A DNA stretch of 64,000 nucleotides from Rhodospirillaceae bacterium (GCA_002722885.1 PBNE01000002.1:258278-322277); one strand, 5' to 3'; numbered from the stretch's first letter, positions 47,281 through 58,470 are shown. The notes: generated by a model not told the origin, from the letters alone. Made by a program: numbers and translations.

Positions 47281-49368
47281 ATGGTGCAGCACCGTCTCCA
47301 GCCTCTTCTTTGTCCCGGCTCCATCGCCGTGGTCGGCGCCTCTCCGAAGCAGTCGAGCTTCGGTTGGATGTCCTACAGAGGCATCGTCGACAGCGGCTTT
47401 GACGGCGCGCTTCATCTGATCAATCCACGCTACGACAGCATCGACGGCCGGCCCTGCCTGCCAAACCTGGCAGCCATAGGCAAGCCGGTCGATCACGCCA
47501 TGCTGAATGTGGCCAACGCGCGTCTCGAGGCTGTCTTCGACGACGCCATCGCCGCGGGCATCCCCGCCGTCACAATCTTCGCGTCGGGATATCTTGAGGG
47601 CGACACCGATCCGCCGCTGGTCGAACGGCTGCGCCGCAAAGCGCGCGAAACCGGCCTTCTGATCTGTGGCGGCAACGGCTCGGGCTTCGTCAACTACGCC
47701 GAAGGCACGCTGGTCAACCTCGCCGGAAACCGCGGCAACCCGGAGGTCGGCAACATCACCCTGATCTCCCAGTCCGGTTCGATCTATGGCGGCCTGATCC
47801 AGAACGACGGTCGGCTCAACTTTAACCTGACGGTCTCGTCCGGCCAGGAGATCTCGACCACGGTCGCCGACTACATGGATTACGCGCTCGCGCTCGACTC
47901 GACGCGTGCCATCGCGCTCTTCATCGAGACCATACGCGATCCCGAAGGGTTCGCTGCCGCCGCCGACCAGGCCATGGCACAGGGTGTGCCGATCGTGGTG
48001 ATAAAGGCCGCGCGCACCGAAGAAAGCGTGAAGATGGCGATGAGCCATTCCGGTGCGCTGGCCGGCGACGATGACGCCTACAATGCCTTCTTCGAGCACC
48101 ACGGCGTGCTGCGTGTCTATGACCTGCCCGAGATGACGGCGACCCTGCAGCTCGCCACCCAGCCTCGCACCATGGCTCCGGGTGGGCTGGTCGCCATCAC
48201 CGATTCCGGCGGTGAACGCGAACACCTGGCCGACCAGGCGAGCGACGCCGGCGTGACCTTTGCCGAGATCACGCCTGAGACCTCGGCCCGGCTGGCCGAA
48301 CGGCTGGAGTACGGTCTGGACCCCGTGAACCCGCTCGACGCCTGGGGCACCGGCCATGACTACCAGGGCATCTTCATCGATTGCTGGCATGCCCTGATGG
48401 CCGATCCCAACGCAGCAGGGGGCGCCTGGATCGCCGACATGCGCGACGGGGAACAGTTCCGCTTCATCTTTGTCGAAGGTGCCCATGCCACCGCAAAGGC
48501 GACCGGCAAACCCATGGCCTTCGTGAACTGCGTGCCCGGCGGCATCGGCCACGAAACCGTTGCCCTGCTGAACGACTACGGCATCCCCTTCATCGACGGC
48601 ATGGGTGCCGCAATGACCGCCTTTGCCCGCATGATGGCCTGGCGCGACAAGCGCGCCGCGCGCGCGATGGCACCGCCGGACGCCCCTGCCCAAAGCGTCA
48701 TCGAACGCTGGCGCGAGCGGCTAGCAACGGGGATGGCGCTGGACGAGGCCGAAGGTCTGGCGCTTGCGGCAGACTTCGGGATCGAAACTCCCGCCACAGC
48801 GATCGTCGAGACTGCCGAGGAAGCCGTGGCCGCGGCCGAAGCCTGTGCCGGCCCGGTTGTTCTGAAGACCGCAATGCCGGGCATCCAGCACAAGTCGGAT
48901 GTGGGCGGCGTTGCGGTGAGGCTCGACGGCGTCGAGGCCGTGCGTGCGGCCTATGACGACATGGCGGCACGTCTCGGAGCCCGCTGTCTTGTCGCACCTA
49001 TGGCGCCGTGTGGCGTGGAGATGGTGTTCGGACTGGTGCGTGACGCCCAGTTCGGTCCCCTGGTGCTGGTCGGCTCCGGCGGCATTCTGGTCGAGGTGTT
49101 GAAAGACAGTCTGCTCGCCGTACCGCCCTTTGACGAAGCCCACGCCCTGTCGCTGATCGACCGCCTGAAGGGACGTGCGCTGCTCGACGGTGTACGCGGT
49201 GAAGCCTCCGCCGATGTCCCGGCGCTCGCGACCATGCTGGCGCGCTTTTCCGTGCTTGCCGCCGAACTGGGCGATAGCATCGCCGAACTCGATCTCAACC
49301 CGGTGATCACCGGGCCCGACGGCGCGGTTGCCGTCGATGCCCTGGTGGTCCCGTCAACCGAAGCGTAA
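47281..49368 (+). CDS. Acetate/acyl-CoA ligase (ADP-forming) family protein
   Basis: PGSIAVVGAS, ISQSG, SHSGALAG (phospho-His), HKSDVGGV, DAQFGP, ELDLNP. Confidence 0.9.
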   Translation: MVQHRLQPLLCPGSIAVVGASPKQSSFGWMSYRGIVDSGFDGALHLINPRYDSIDGRPCLPNLAAIGKPVDHAMLNVANARLEAVFDDAIAAGIPAVTIFASGYLEGDTDPPLVERLRRKARETGLLICGGNGSGFVNYAEGTLVNLAGNRGNPEVGNITLISQSGSIYGGLIQNDGRLNFNLTVSSGQEISTTVADYMDYALALDSTRAIALFIETIRDPEGFAAAADQAMAQGVPIVVIKAARTEESVKMAMSHSGALAGDDDAYNAFFEHHGVLRVYDLPEMTATLQLATQPRTMAPGGLVAITDSGGEREHLADQASDAGVTFAEITPETSARLAERLEYGLDPVNPLDAWGTGHDYQGIFIDCWHALMADPNAAGGAWIADMRDGEQFRFIFVEGAHATAKATGKPMAFVNCVPGGIGHETVALLNDYGIPFIDGMGAAMTAFARMMAWRDKRAARAMAPPDAPAQSVIERWRERLATGMALDEAEGLALAADFGIETPATAIVETAEEAVAAAEACAGPVVLKTAMPGIQHKSDVGGVAVRLDGVEAVRAAYDDMAARLGARCLVAPMAPCGVEMVFGLVRDAQFGPLVLVGSGGILVEVLKDSLLAVPPFDEAHALSLIDRLKGRALLDGVRGEASADVPALATMLARFSVLAAELGDSIAELDLNPVITGPDGAVAVDALVVPSTEA

Positions 49369-49382
49369 CGAGGGAGAAGACC

Positions 49383-50189
49383 ATGGCTGAAGAAGTCACC
49401 GTCGAGAGAACCGACAAGGTCGCCAAGGTGACCATCATGCGTGCGGACAAGTTCAACTCCATGAACCCGCCGTTCATGAAGGAGCTGTCCGACACTCTCC
49501 GCGATCTCGATGCCGACGACAGCGTCTCGGTGATCATCCTGACCGGCGACGGCAACCACTTCGGCGCGGGCTATGACCTCAAGTACGAATGGGGCAAGCA
49601 CTACGGACGCGGCCCGATGGGCACACGCAAGATGCTCAAAGACTGCGCCGACTTCGAGTTCGGTCCCTGGGACTGCTCCAAGCCAGTGATCGCCATGGTG
49701 CGCGGCTACTGCCTCGCCGGCAGCTGTGAGCTCGCCATGATGTGCTGCATCACCTACGCCTCCGAAGAGGCCATGTTCGGTGAGCCCGAGATCCGCTTCT
49801 CGACGGCGCCCCCGGCCGTGATCATGCCCTGGATCATCGGCCTCAAACGCACCCGCGAACTACTCTACACCGGCGACATGATCACTGCCGAAGAGGCACG
49901 CCAGTTCGGCATGGTCAACAAGGTCTTCCCCGCCGACAAGCTGGAGGAAGAAACCATGAAGTACGCCAAGCGCGCCTCGGCGATTGCTCTGGAAGGCCTG
50001 CAGACGACCAAGGCCGCGATCAATCAGGGTGCCGAAATTGCCGGACTGCGCAGCGCGATCACCTACGGCGTGGAGGTCGGCGGCATTCTCGATGCCCAGG
50101 AAACCGAGCAGTACAAGCAGTTCGAAGCGGTCAGACGCGAAAAGGGCCTGAGCGCCGCCATCCGCTGGCGCGAGAGCCAGTTCGACTGA
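49383..50189 (+). CDS. Enoyl-CoA hydratase/isomerase family protein
   Basis: FGAGYDL, KPVIAMVRGYCLAGSCELA, FGEPE. Confidence 0.92.
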   Translation: MAEEVTVERTDKVAKVTIMRADKFNSMNPPFMKELSDTLRDLDADDSVSVIILTGDGNHFGAGYDLKYEWGKHYGRGPMGTRKMLKDCADFEFGPWDCSKPVIAMVRGYCLAGSCELAMMCCITYASEEAMFGEPEIRFSTAPPAVIMPWIIGLKRTRELLYTGDMITAEEARQFGMVNKVFPADKLEEETMKYAKRASAIALEGLQTTKAAINQGAEIAGLRSAITYGVEVGGILDAQETEQYKQFEAVRREKGLSAAIRWRESQFD

Positions 50190-50199
50190 CGGAGAGCGC

Positions 50200-50685
50200 T
50201 CAGCCGTCGCCGTCTTCGGCGTAGACGCCCCAGAGGTCGGTCATGGGCATCCAGCCCTTCACACCGTCGATCTCGACGCGGCACCACGCCACGTCGCAGG
50301 AGATGAACGACGCCTGCACGCCGGGCTCGGCGCGAAACACCGCATCCGCGCCGAGATCGGGGCTGTCGTAACCGGTGCGGATCGAGGGGCCCGTGATGAT
50401 GACGCTGCGCGACCCCGACAGCATGATCCGGTGGATCCAGCCCTCCGCGCCGTCGATATCGCGGACATAACGCCAGTCCTCATATTCCTTGAGGATCTCC
50501 ACCGGCAGGCCCTTGCGGAGATAGGACCAGTTGACTGGATAGTTGGTCCCCGGCCCTGCGCGCATATAGACCTCGTCGGCCTTCAACGACACGAAACGGG
50601 GCAGCGGCAGCGTATCCTGGGCCACGGAAGGCAGCGCAAACGCGGCAAACAGCAAAAAGAGAGCGCCATGCACCCCGTGCAGCAC
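50200..50685 (-). CDS. Bacterial SH3 domain protein (two SH3 repeats); start uncertain
   Basis: LPLPRFVSLK, MRAGPG, GLPVEI, WRYVRDIDGAEGW, WCRV...GW; signal peptide-like N-terminus. Confidence 0.85.
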   Translation of the reverse strand: MLHGVHGALFLLFAAFALPSVAQDTLPLPRFVSLKADEVYMRAGPGTNYPVNWSYLRKGLPVEILKEYEDWRYVRDIDGAEGWIHRIMLSGSRSVIITGPSIRTGYDSPDLGADAVFRAEPGVQASFISCDVAWCRVEIDGVKGWMPMTDLWGVYAEDGDG

Positions 50686-50776
50686 CGCGTTGCGTTGTTT
50701 CGCGGGATCGTATTTGGTAAAGGTCGCGCTGCCCGCCGTTTGGGGCGATCGTCGCAGTGAGGCAAGAAGCAAACGC

Positions 50777-51766
50777 ATGGCCCGAGCCAAGAAACCTATG
50801 GTCATTGTCACCAGAAAGCTGCCCGACGTCATCGAGACACGGATGATGGAACTTTTCGACACCAGGCTCAACGACGACGATCATCCGATGTCGCGCGACG
50901 AGCTGGTCGAAGCCGTGAAAACAGCCGATGTGCTGGTCCCCACCCTGACCGACCGCATCGACAAGGGCATCCTGGCCCAGGCCGGTGACGACCTGCGCCT
51001 GATTGCGAACTTCGGCACTGGCGTCGACCACATCGAGCTCGTCGCCGCCCGCGAGCGCGGCATCACGGTCACGAACACACCCGGCGTGCTGACCGAAGAC
51101 ACCGCCGACATGACCATGGCGCTGATCCTGGATGTGATCCGGCGGGTCAGTCAGGGCGAGCGGATGATCCGCAGCGGCGAATGGACCGGCTGGAGCCCGA
51201 CTCACATGCTGGGCAACCGGCTCTGGGGCAAGCGCCTGGGCATCATCGGCATGGGCCGCATCGGTTCGGCCGTCGCGCGCCGGGCCAAGGGCTTCGGTCT
51301 TTCAATCCACTATCACAACCGGCGTCAGCTCCCCGAACACAGCGAGCTGGAGCTGGAGGCGACCTATTGGGAGAGCCTCGACCAGATGCTGGCCCGCATG
51401 GACATCATCTCGGTCAACTGCCCGCACACGCCCGGCACCTTCCATCTGCTGTCGGCGCGACGCCTGAAGCTGCTGAAGAACACCGCCGTGATCGTGAACA
51501 CGTCACGCGGCGAGGTGATCGACGAACAGGCTCTGACCCGGATGCTGAAAGCCGGCGAGATCGCCGGGGCCGGCCTCGATGTCTTCGAACACGAGCCCGC
51601 CGTGAACCCGAAGCTGCTCGCCCTGGGCAATGTCACCCTGCTACCCCACATGGGCTCGGCCACGATCGAAGGCCGGATCGACATGGGCGAGAAGGTCATC
51701 ATCAACATCAAGATCTACGCCGACGGCCACAAGCCGCCCGACCGGGTGATCGATACGCTTCTTTAG
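50777..51766 (+). CDS. D-glycerate/glyoxylate reductase, 2-hydroxyacid dehydrogenase family
   Basis: VTNTPGVLTEDTAD, GMGRIG, NTSRG, GLDVFEHEP, PHMGSAT; start ATG 50777. Confidence 0.93.
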   Translation: MARAKKPMVIVTRKLPDVIETRMMELFDTRLNDDDHPMSRDELVEAVKTADVLVPTLTDRIDKGILAQAGDDLRLIANFGTGVDHIELVAARERGITVTNTPGVLTEDTADMTMALILDVIRRVSQGERMIRSGEWTGWSPTHMLGNRLWGKRLGIIGMGRIGSAVARRAKGFGLSIHYHNRRQLPEHSELELEATYWESLDQMLARMDIISVNCPHTPGTFHLLSARRLKLLKNTAVIVNTSRGEVIDEQALTRMLKAGEIAGAGLDVFEHEPAVNPKLLALGNVTLLPHMGSATIEGRIDMGEKVIINIKIYADGHKPPDRVIDTLL

Positions 51767-51768
51767 CC

Positions 51769-52977
51769 TCAGCGCGCGAACGCACCCTCGCCGCGCATCG
51801 CGTCGGCGATCTGCTTATGGAAGTGCAGCGTGCCGGCATCCCAGTAGGGTGAGAAGCGGCCGCCGTCGTAGGCGTCACAGGTGCGCCCTTCCTGCAGCCT
51901 GCGGCAGATACCGGAGTCCTCGGCATTGAGTTGGGCCCAGTCGCTGATCACGGCATCCCGGCCGTCGCGATGCTGTTCGTCACCCACGGCCTCATCCATA
52001 AAGTAGAACCAGACATGCATGATGGTCTTGTCGACGCCGACAGGCTCGTAGCAGAACATGTTGGCGTAGCTCGGGAAGATTGCCATCGTCGCGTTGGGGA
52101 AGAGGTTGCAGAACGGTGACACGTCCCGAATCTCGGGCGAGAGATCGGGGAACTCCGGCATGACGGGCGCATCGGGATCGACCGTCAGGCCCAGACCTTC
52201 GGACCCGATGACAAACTCATTGAACATGTGAACGCCGCCCGGCCGCATGCCGGTGCGCTTGTAGACGTCCTGAGCGTCATGCAGGTCGGGATGGACCATG
52301 AAGACATGGTAGTTGTCGCAGAAGTTCTCCACCACCAGCTTCCAGTTCGCGTGGAACTCGAACGGCTGGTAGTGCGCCAGGCGCAGCGCGCTGAAGTCCC
52401 AGTCACCGTACTCCGTGAACGCTGGCGCCATGTAATCTTCGAAAGCCGGTGCCCGACCATCGATGTTGACGAAGATCCAGTCGTGCCAGGTAGCCGAGCG
52501 AACCTCGAACAGGCAATCACGTTCGGCCTTGCTGCCCTCGCGGTCGTGATCCCGGGGGCCGTGGTAGTGCGGCCGGCCGCGCAGGCTGCCATCGAGCCCG
52601 AAGGCCCAGCCGTGGTACGGGCAGGTCAGGGCAGCGGCCTTATCCTGATCCTCGATCACCAGCCGCGCGCCGCGATGCGGGCAGACATTAAAGAACACAC
52701 GGGTCTCACCGTTGCGGTCGGTGGTCATGACGAGCTGACGGCCGGCGACCTCGATACACTTGACTGCACCGGGTTCGGCGACATCGCTCTTCGGGCCGGC
52801 AAACATCCAGCTTCGGGCGAAGACGGTCTTGTTTTCGAGCTCCAGGAAGGCCGGATCGGTGAAGGCTTCGTTCGGCAGACCTTTGGCTTCGGCGGTCGAC
52901 GCATCCATGCTGTCAAGGACGGTATCGCTGACCGCCTCGTGCAGCCCATCGGGCCAGAGCATCTGTACAACGTTCAT
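51769..52977 (-). CDS. Rieske oxygenase alpha subunit
   Basis: CPHR...CPYHGW, NWKLVVENFCDNYHVFMVH, EDSGICRRLQEG. Confidence 0.9.
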   Translation of the reverse strand: MNVVQMLWPDGLHEAVSDTVLDSMDASTAEAKGLPNEAFTDPAFLELENKTVFARSWMFAGPKSDVAEPGAVKCIEVAGRQLVMTTDRNGETRVFFNVCPHRGARLVIEDQDKAAALTCPYHGWAFGLDGSLRGRPHYHGPRDHDREGSKAERDCLFEVRSATWHDWIFVNIDGRAPAFEDYMAPAFTEYGDWDFSALRLAHYQPFEFHANWKLVVENFCDNYHVFMVHPDLHDAQDVYKRTGMRPGGVHMFNEFVIGSEGLGLTVDPDAPVMPEFPDLSPEIRDVSPFCNLFPNATMAIFPSYANMFCYEPVGVDKTIMHVWFYFMDEAVGDEQHRDGRDAVISDWAQLNAEDSGICRRLQEGRTCDAYDGGRFSPYWDAGTLHFHKQIADAMRGEGAFAR

Positions 52978-53124
52978 CACCCATCTCCATCCGTCAACGG
53001 CTGTTGAAAAACCGTACAACCAACCGGCAGAATTAGGAAGGGCATGGCGTTGCCGGACGCGAACTGTATGATCCTCACTTGGACACAGCATGGTGCTGAG
53101 TCCTCCGCATCGAGCCCTCGGGGC

Positions 53125-54885
53125 ATGAGCGTCATCCGCCGACTGACGACGATCTTCTACGCCGACGTCCCCGGCTACAGACGTCTGACCGGGGTCGACG
53201 AAGTTGGCACCCATCAACGCGTTATGGCGATGCTCGACGATGTGACCGCACGGATAAGTGCGGCTGGTGGGACCTTTCTGCGCTATGCGGGCGGCGCAGT
53301 CTTGGCAACCTTTCCCAGTGTTGTTATGGCCGTTGATATCGCTGCCGAAATCCAGAATGCGCTGGCCGACGGGAACGCCGCGCGTGTTCCCGATGATCGA
53401 GTCTCGATCCGCATCGGGATCAACCTGGGCGACGTCATCAAGGATCGTGGAGAAGTCTACGGCGATGGCGTGAACCTTGCTGCACGCCTCGAAGCGGCTG
53501 CGACTCCCGGAGGCGTCTACCTGTCAGCAGCAGCCGATGACCGGGTTGCGGGAAAGGCAATGGTCACCTTCACCGACGGAGGCGAGCAAGAACTCAAAAA
53601 CATCGAGCGGCCGGTTCGAATCTTCCACTGGGCCCCTAGTGAGCAGCTTCCGGACATGGCTCACTCAGCGCCAGCCCTGCCGGACAAGCCCTCAATCGCG
53701 ATCCTGGCGTTCAACAACATGTCGGGCGACCCCGAGCAGGAGTACTTCGCCGATGGTGTCACCGAAGACATCATCACCGAACTCTCGAAGTACCGCTCGA
53801 TCTTCGTCATCGCCCGTAATTCGAGCTTTGCCTACAAGGGTCATGCGGTCGACATCAAGCAGATCGGCCAGGAACTGGGCGTCCGGCACGTACTCGAGGG
53901 CTCGGTCCGCAAGAGCGCACAGCGGGTCCGGGTCACGGCACAGCTGATCGAAGCGGCGAACGGCAACCATCTCTTGGCGGAACGCTACGACCGCACGCTG
54001 GTTGATGTCTTCGAGCTTCAGGACGAAATCACCGAAACCATCGTGGCTACCATTCAGCCGGAGCCGGAGGTTGCCGAACGCGAGCGGGCCCGGCGCAAGT
54101 CGCCTGAAAATCTCACCGCGTGGGATCACTACCAGTGCGGCATGTGGCACAGCTACCGCGCCAAACCGGACGACACGGCGCTGGCAGAGAGCTGTTTCCA
54201 CGACGCCCTGGCGGTCGATGACCGCTACGCCACTGCGCACGCAGGATTGGGCTACTGCGCGTTTCAGCGCACGCTCTACTATGCCGAGAACGAAAGTCTT
54301 GATGATCGTGCCACACTCCTCGATCGCGCCATTTCTCACGTCAGAACCGCAGTCGAGATCGATGACCGTGATCCGTTCGGACAGTTTGTCCTGGGCCGGC
54401 TCTACGCACTTCGAGGTGACTTCGATGTGGCAGAGGAACGCCTCCGCCGGGCCATTGAGCTCAATCCCAACTTCGCACTGGCCTATCACGGCCTCGGCTA
54501 CACCCTGACGTTGAGCGGCCGGGAGGAGGAAGCGGCCAGCTTGTTCGAGCGAGCCCCGCGGTTCAGTCCCGCCGATCAGTATCACTGGGGCATCTACTCA
54601 ATGGCGTCGTTCAACCAGGTACCTCTGGGCAACCATGAGGCCGCAGTCGAATACGCCCGCAAGGGCGTGCGTGACATGCCCAATATCTTCTGGGCGCGCG
54701 TTCACCTGATATCGGCGTTGAGCAAACTTGGGCGAGATGACGAGGCACGGCGTGCGGCCGACGAAATCCTGAAGGTGCTGCGCGAGTTCACGACGGCCAT
54801 GATCGACAGAGCAATCGTGATCAAGAACCCCGAGGTCCGGGAACGCTACCTTGCCAGCCTTCACAAGGCCGTGCTGCCGGCATGA
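53125..54885 (+). CDS. Class III adenylate/guanylate cyclase with TolB-like and TPR domains (catalytic site degenerate)
   Basis: FYADVPGY, RIGINLGDV, YGDGVNLAARLE, KPSIAILAF.NMSGDPEQEYFADG, TPRs; YAGGA in place of YAGDA. Confidence 0.88.
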   Translation: MSVIRRLTTIFYADVPGYRRLTGVDEVGTHQRVMAMLDDVTARISAAGGTFLRYAGGAVLATFPSVVMAVDIAAEIQNALADGNAARVPDDRVSIRIGINLGDVIKDRGEVYGDGVNLAARLEAAATPGGVYLSAAADDRVAGKAMVTFTDGGEQELKNIERPVRIFHWAPSEQLPDMAHSAPALPDKPSIAILAFNNMSGDPEQEYFADGVTEDIITELSKYRSIFVIARNSSFAYKGHAVDIKQIGQELGVRHVLEGSVRKSAQRVRVTAQLIEAANGNHLLAERYDRTLVDVFELQDEITETIVATIQPEPEVAERERARRKSPENLTAWDHYQCGMWHSYRAKPDDTALAESCFHDALAVDDRYATAHAGLGYCAFQRTLYYAENESLDDRATLLDRAISHVRTAVEIDDRDPFGQFVLGRLYALRGDFDVAEERLRRAIELNPNFALAYHGLGYTLTLSGREEEAASLFERAPRFSPADQYHWGIYSMASFNQVPLGNHEAAVEYARKGVRDMPNIFWARVHLISALSKLGRDDEARRAADEILKVLREFTTAMIDRAIVIKNPEVRERYLASLHKAVLPA

Positions 54886-54990
54886 GCCGCGCCACATGTA
54901 GTCAGGCGACCGGGCCATCAAAGCTGCAGCGGGCTCTGTGCAGCCTCGCTCCGTTGTGGCACCATCGCGTTCCTTCGCCGGAGGCAGACC

Positions 54991-56238
54991 ATGAATCGGC
55001 CCGATAGCACCGCACCAGGACCCTTTGTCCCGCCGCTGCAGCTGACCGCGGGTGCGCCGCCGCCCGTCGCAGCCCACGGCGGCCTGTCCTACATGTCGTT
55101 TGATCGGGATGGCGATGCAGGCACCGCCGAGGCGATCAGGGACGCGATGGCCCAGATGGCCAAAGGCAAGGTCCAGGCCTTTGTTGAGAAGCTGGAGGCC
55201 GCACCGCCCGGCCCGGTCGAGACGCAATGGGGGCCTGGCTTTCGCAGCGCTGAGGAGTGCATCGCGCATATCCGAAACACCGGCATCACCGCACCGGAAG
55301 GCGGTGTGGTCGTACCGTTGCGCTACACGGTACTGGAGGAACCCAGCTACGTCGCGGTGTCGTCGAACGCCGTGTGGCGTGATCCCGCCCGCACAGAAGA
55401 ACAGGAGGCCTTGCGCAAGAGCGAAGAACTCCTGAGCAAGCGTACGCTCTATTTCCCCCAGGTCCTGCGCGACGCCCGGCGTATCGGCGAGTACTACCCC
55501 GGCCTGTCACCGGAGAGCCCGGAGTGCATGGACCGTCTGGGTGTGGCCCTGGCGCATTGCGAGTCGGCCTGCCGCAACTTCTATGATCACGAGGAGGTCG
55601 AGGCTGTCTTCTATCCGGAGATGGAGCGGCTCCTGCTCGACTTCTTCCCCGGCGCCACCGATGCGCTGGTCTACAACCACGACCTCTTCAACAAGGATTT
55701 CGAGGGCGACCCGTCCGAAGACCAGGACGCCAAGAACCCCGGGGTGAACACGAACTATGTGAATCTCGTCCACAACGATCTCAACGACAACTCGGGCCGG
55801 GTTCGCTGCCGCGAGCTCTTGATCCGGAACCTCCGGAATTTCGGACGGACCCAGCATTACACCGAGGCCGAGGCAGACGCGAAGATGAGCCGCCGGTTCA
55901 TGTCGATCAATCTCGCCAAGCCGATGGAGACCGTCCAGCAATGGCCCTTCGTGCTGGCCGCCTGGCCGTCCTTTGCCGATCAGCCCTACATCACGAACTA
56001 CCGCATCTATGACGATCGGGTCGGCGAGACCACACGCTTTGCCTACCGACCCGAGCACGAGTGGTACTGGCTTCCGCAGCAGGGCCCGGCCGAGGTATCG
56101 ATGCTGAAGTGTTACGATTCGGTCACCGACGGCTCGGTGTCACGCTGGTCGTTCCACAGCGCCTGCCAGGACCCCACGGCACCGGCCGGCGTGCCCAACC
56201 GCCAGAACATCGTCGTCCGGTCCTTTGTATTCTTCTGA
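54991..56238 (+). CDS. CmcJ/NvfI/AsaB-like 2OG-Fe oxidoreductase with N-terminal extension
   Basis: LVHND, RFMSINLAKP..VQQWP, HEWYW, LKCYDS, FHSACQDP, RQNIVVR. Confidence 0.75.
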   Translation: MNRPDSTAPGPFVPPLQLTAGAPPPVAAHGGLSYMSFDRDGDAGTAEAIRDAMAQMAKGKVQAFVEKLEAAPPGPVETQWGPGFRSAEECIAHIRNTGITAPEGGVVVPLRYTVLEEPSYVAVSSNAVWRDPARTEEQEALRKSEELLSKRTLYFPQVLRDARRIGEYYPGLSPESPECMDRLGVALAHCESACRNFYDHEEVEAVFYPEMERLLLDFFPGATDALVYNHDLFNKDFEGDPSEDQDAKNPGVNTNYVNLVHNDLNDNSGRVRCRELLIRNLRNFGRTQHYTEAEADAKMSRRFMSINLAKPMETVQQWPFVLAAWPSFADQPYITNYRIYDDRVGETTRFAYRPEHEWYWLPQQGPAEVSMLKCYDSVTDGSVSRWSFHSACQDPTAPAGVPNRQNIVVRSFVFF

Positions 56239-56268
56239 CCCATTCGACCCAGCAACAGGAATCAAACC

Positions 56269-56718
56269 ATGAGTGACACCAAGGATATGACCGGCGGTTG
56301 CATGTGCGGCGCCGTCCGCTTCGTAGCCTCCGGCGCGCCCTTCGATGTGACCCACTGCCATTGCCACAGCTGCCGCAAGCACAACGGTGCCGCTGTGGTC
56401 ACCCTGGCGGGCTACAAGGCATCCGATGTCGCGTTCAGCGGCACCGAACGGAAATTCTACGAGTCCTCCCCCGGCGTGAAGCGCGCCTTCTGCGGCGACT
56501 GCGGCGCACCGCTGACCTGGGAAGGCGACGGCGGCGAGCTGGGTGCGATCATCGAGTTCCACATCAGCACCCTCGACCACCCCGAAGATCTGAAGCCCAC
56601 GGCCCATGCCTTCGAGGTCGAACGGCTGCCCTGGATGGAGGTCGCCGACGATCTGCCGCGCTACGAAGGCTTCCCCGGTGTGGGAACGCCCTTGCGCCAT
56701 GGCCCTGTCGACACGTAA
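56269..56718 (+). CDS. GFA family (glutathione-dependent formaldehyde-activating/CENP-V-like) zinc protein
   Basis: GGCMCGAVRF, CHCHSCRK, RAFCGDCG. Confidence 0.9.
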   Translation: MSDTKDMTGGCMCGAVRFVASGAPFDVTHCHCHSCRKHNGAAVVTLAGYKASDVAFSGTERKFYESSPGVKRAFCGDCGAPLTWEGDGGELGAIIEFHISTLDHPEDLKPTAHAFEVERLPWMEVADDLPRYEGFPGVGTPLRHGPVDT

Positions 56719-56808
56719 GGGGGTAGTTCCTGAAGCTTTGGCAGTTCTGGTGACGATCAATTCCACAGGTTCCCCGGTGGAGCAGCGGCTCAAGACGGCA
56801 GTTGCCTC

Positions 56809-58470
56809 GTGACTGTCCCCCGTCGCCTTGTCGCCATCTTCTACGCCGACGTCGCGGGCTACAGCCGCCTGACAGGTGCCGACGATGTGGGAACGCACCA
56901 GCGTATCATGGCGATGCTGGATGATGTGACCGCTCGGATCGGCGCAGCAGGCGGCACCGTGCTGCGCTACGCCGGTGACGCTGTTCTGGCGACCTTTCCC
57001 AGCGTCGTGCTAGCGGTCGATGCCGCCGCTGCGGTCCAGGGTGGTCTTGCCAAGGACAACGCCGACATACCTGAAGGCGAACGTATCAACATCCGGATCG
57101 GTATCAATCTGGGCGATGTGATCGAGGACCGTGGCGAGTTCTATGGGGATGGCGTGAATCTGGCTGCGCGGCTGGAAGCCGCAGCGGAGCCGGGTGGCAT
57201 CCGTCTTTCAGCCGCGGCGCATGACCAAATCATGGGCAAGGCGTCCGTTACGTTCATCGATGGTGACAAACAGGACTTCAATAATATCGACAGGCCTGTT
57301 GGCATCTTCCATTGGACGCCGGGAACTCTAGCAGAGGGCACCGCAGGCGACTGACGCACCGCCACGCCGCAAAACAAACCCTCGATTGCTGTCCCGGCGC
57401 TCAACAACATGTCGGGCGATCCCGAACAGGAGTACTTCTCCGACGGCATCACAGAAGACATCATCACTGAGCTCAGTCGCTTCCGGGAGCTCCAGGTGGT
57501 TGCGCGCAACTCGAGCTTCGCCTTCAAGGGCGAGGCCGTCGACATCAAGGAGGTCGGCCAGAAACTCGGCTCGGACTACGTCGTCGAGGGCAGCGTCAGA
57601 AAGGCCGGAAACCGGGTCCGCGTCGCCCTGCAGCTGATCGATGCGGCGGACGGCAATCACATCTAGGTCGAACGCTACGACCGCGATATCGACGATATCT
57701 TCGAGGTTCAGGACGAGATCAGCCGCACCAACGTCGGAGCCTTGGCACAGCGCCTGCGCGGCGCTCTGGTCGAGGGCACCTATCACAAGCCGAGCCATAA
57801 CCTGACGGCCTACGACCACTACCTGCGCGGCCGCTGGCTTATGGAGAACACCGCGACCCCCGGCCAGCCCGAGGCCTTCGAGTGGCTGGAGAAGGCGATC
57901 GCGATCGATCCGCGCTGCGCCCACGCCTATGCCAGCATCGGTTGGGAGCTGGCCTACATGCACTTCAACTTCCAACCCTGGACCGACGATCTTCGCCGGC
58001 GCGCCCGCGACCATCTTGAAAAGGCACTGGAGTTCGGCGACGGCGACACCACGATGCAAAGCATGGCGGCCGACGCCTATGCCTGCCTGGGCGACAATGA
58101 GCAGGCGATCAACCAGGGCAAGCGCGCCATCACGCTCAACCCCAACGACGTCCAGGCCATTTTCGGCGACGGCCTCGCGCTGGCTTACGGCGGCCGTCCC
58201 GACGAGGCCATCACGCTCCTGATGCGGGCCCATGAGCTCGATCCGCAGGCGCCGGGCTTCATGATGGAGAACGTCGCCGAATGCCACTACATGCTGGGCA
58301 ACTAGCGGGCGGCCATCGAGATCTAACAAGCAGTAGCGCACCATGCCGCCCCATGGTCACGCCAACCTCGCCGCCTACTACGCCCAGCTCGGAGAGACCG
58401 ATCAGGTTGCCGCCGCCGTCGCCGACTTCGAACGCGCAAGGCAGGCGTGCCGGACTGAACGGTCGCGCCG
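56809..58470 (+). pseudogene. Adenylate cyclase-TolB-TPR pseudogene, paralogue of 53125-54885
   Basis: One frame broken by TGA 57352, TAG 57664, TAG 58303 and TAA 58324, then a frameshift; the intervening segments read KPSIAV..NNMSGDPEQ and VERYDR..DIFEVQDEI. End approximate. Confidence 0.88.

Noticed and set aside
52999-53013. GGCTGTTGAAAAACC resembling an IS terminal repeat
   Set aside because: No matching second end, target duplication or transposase seen.
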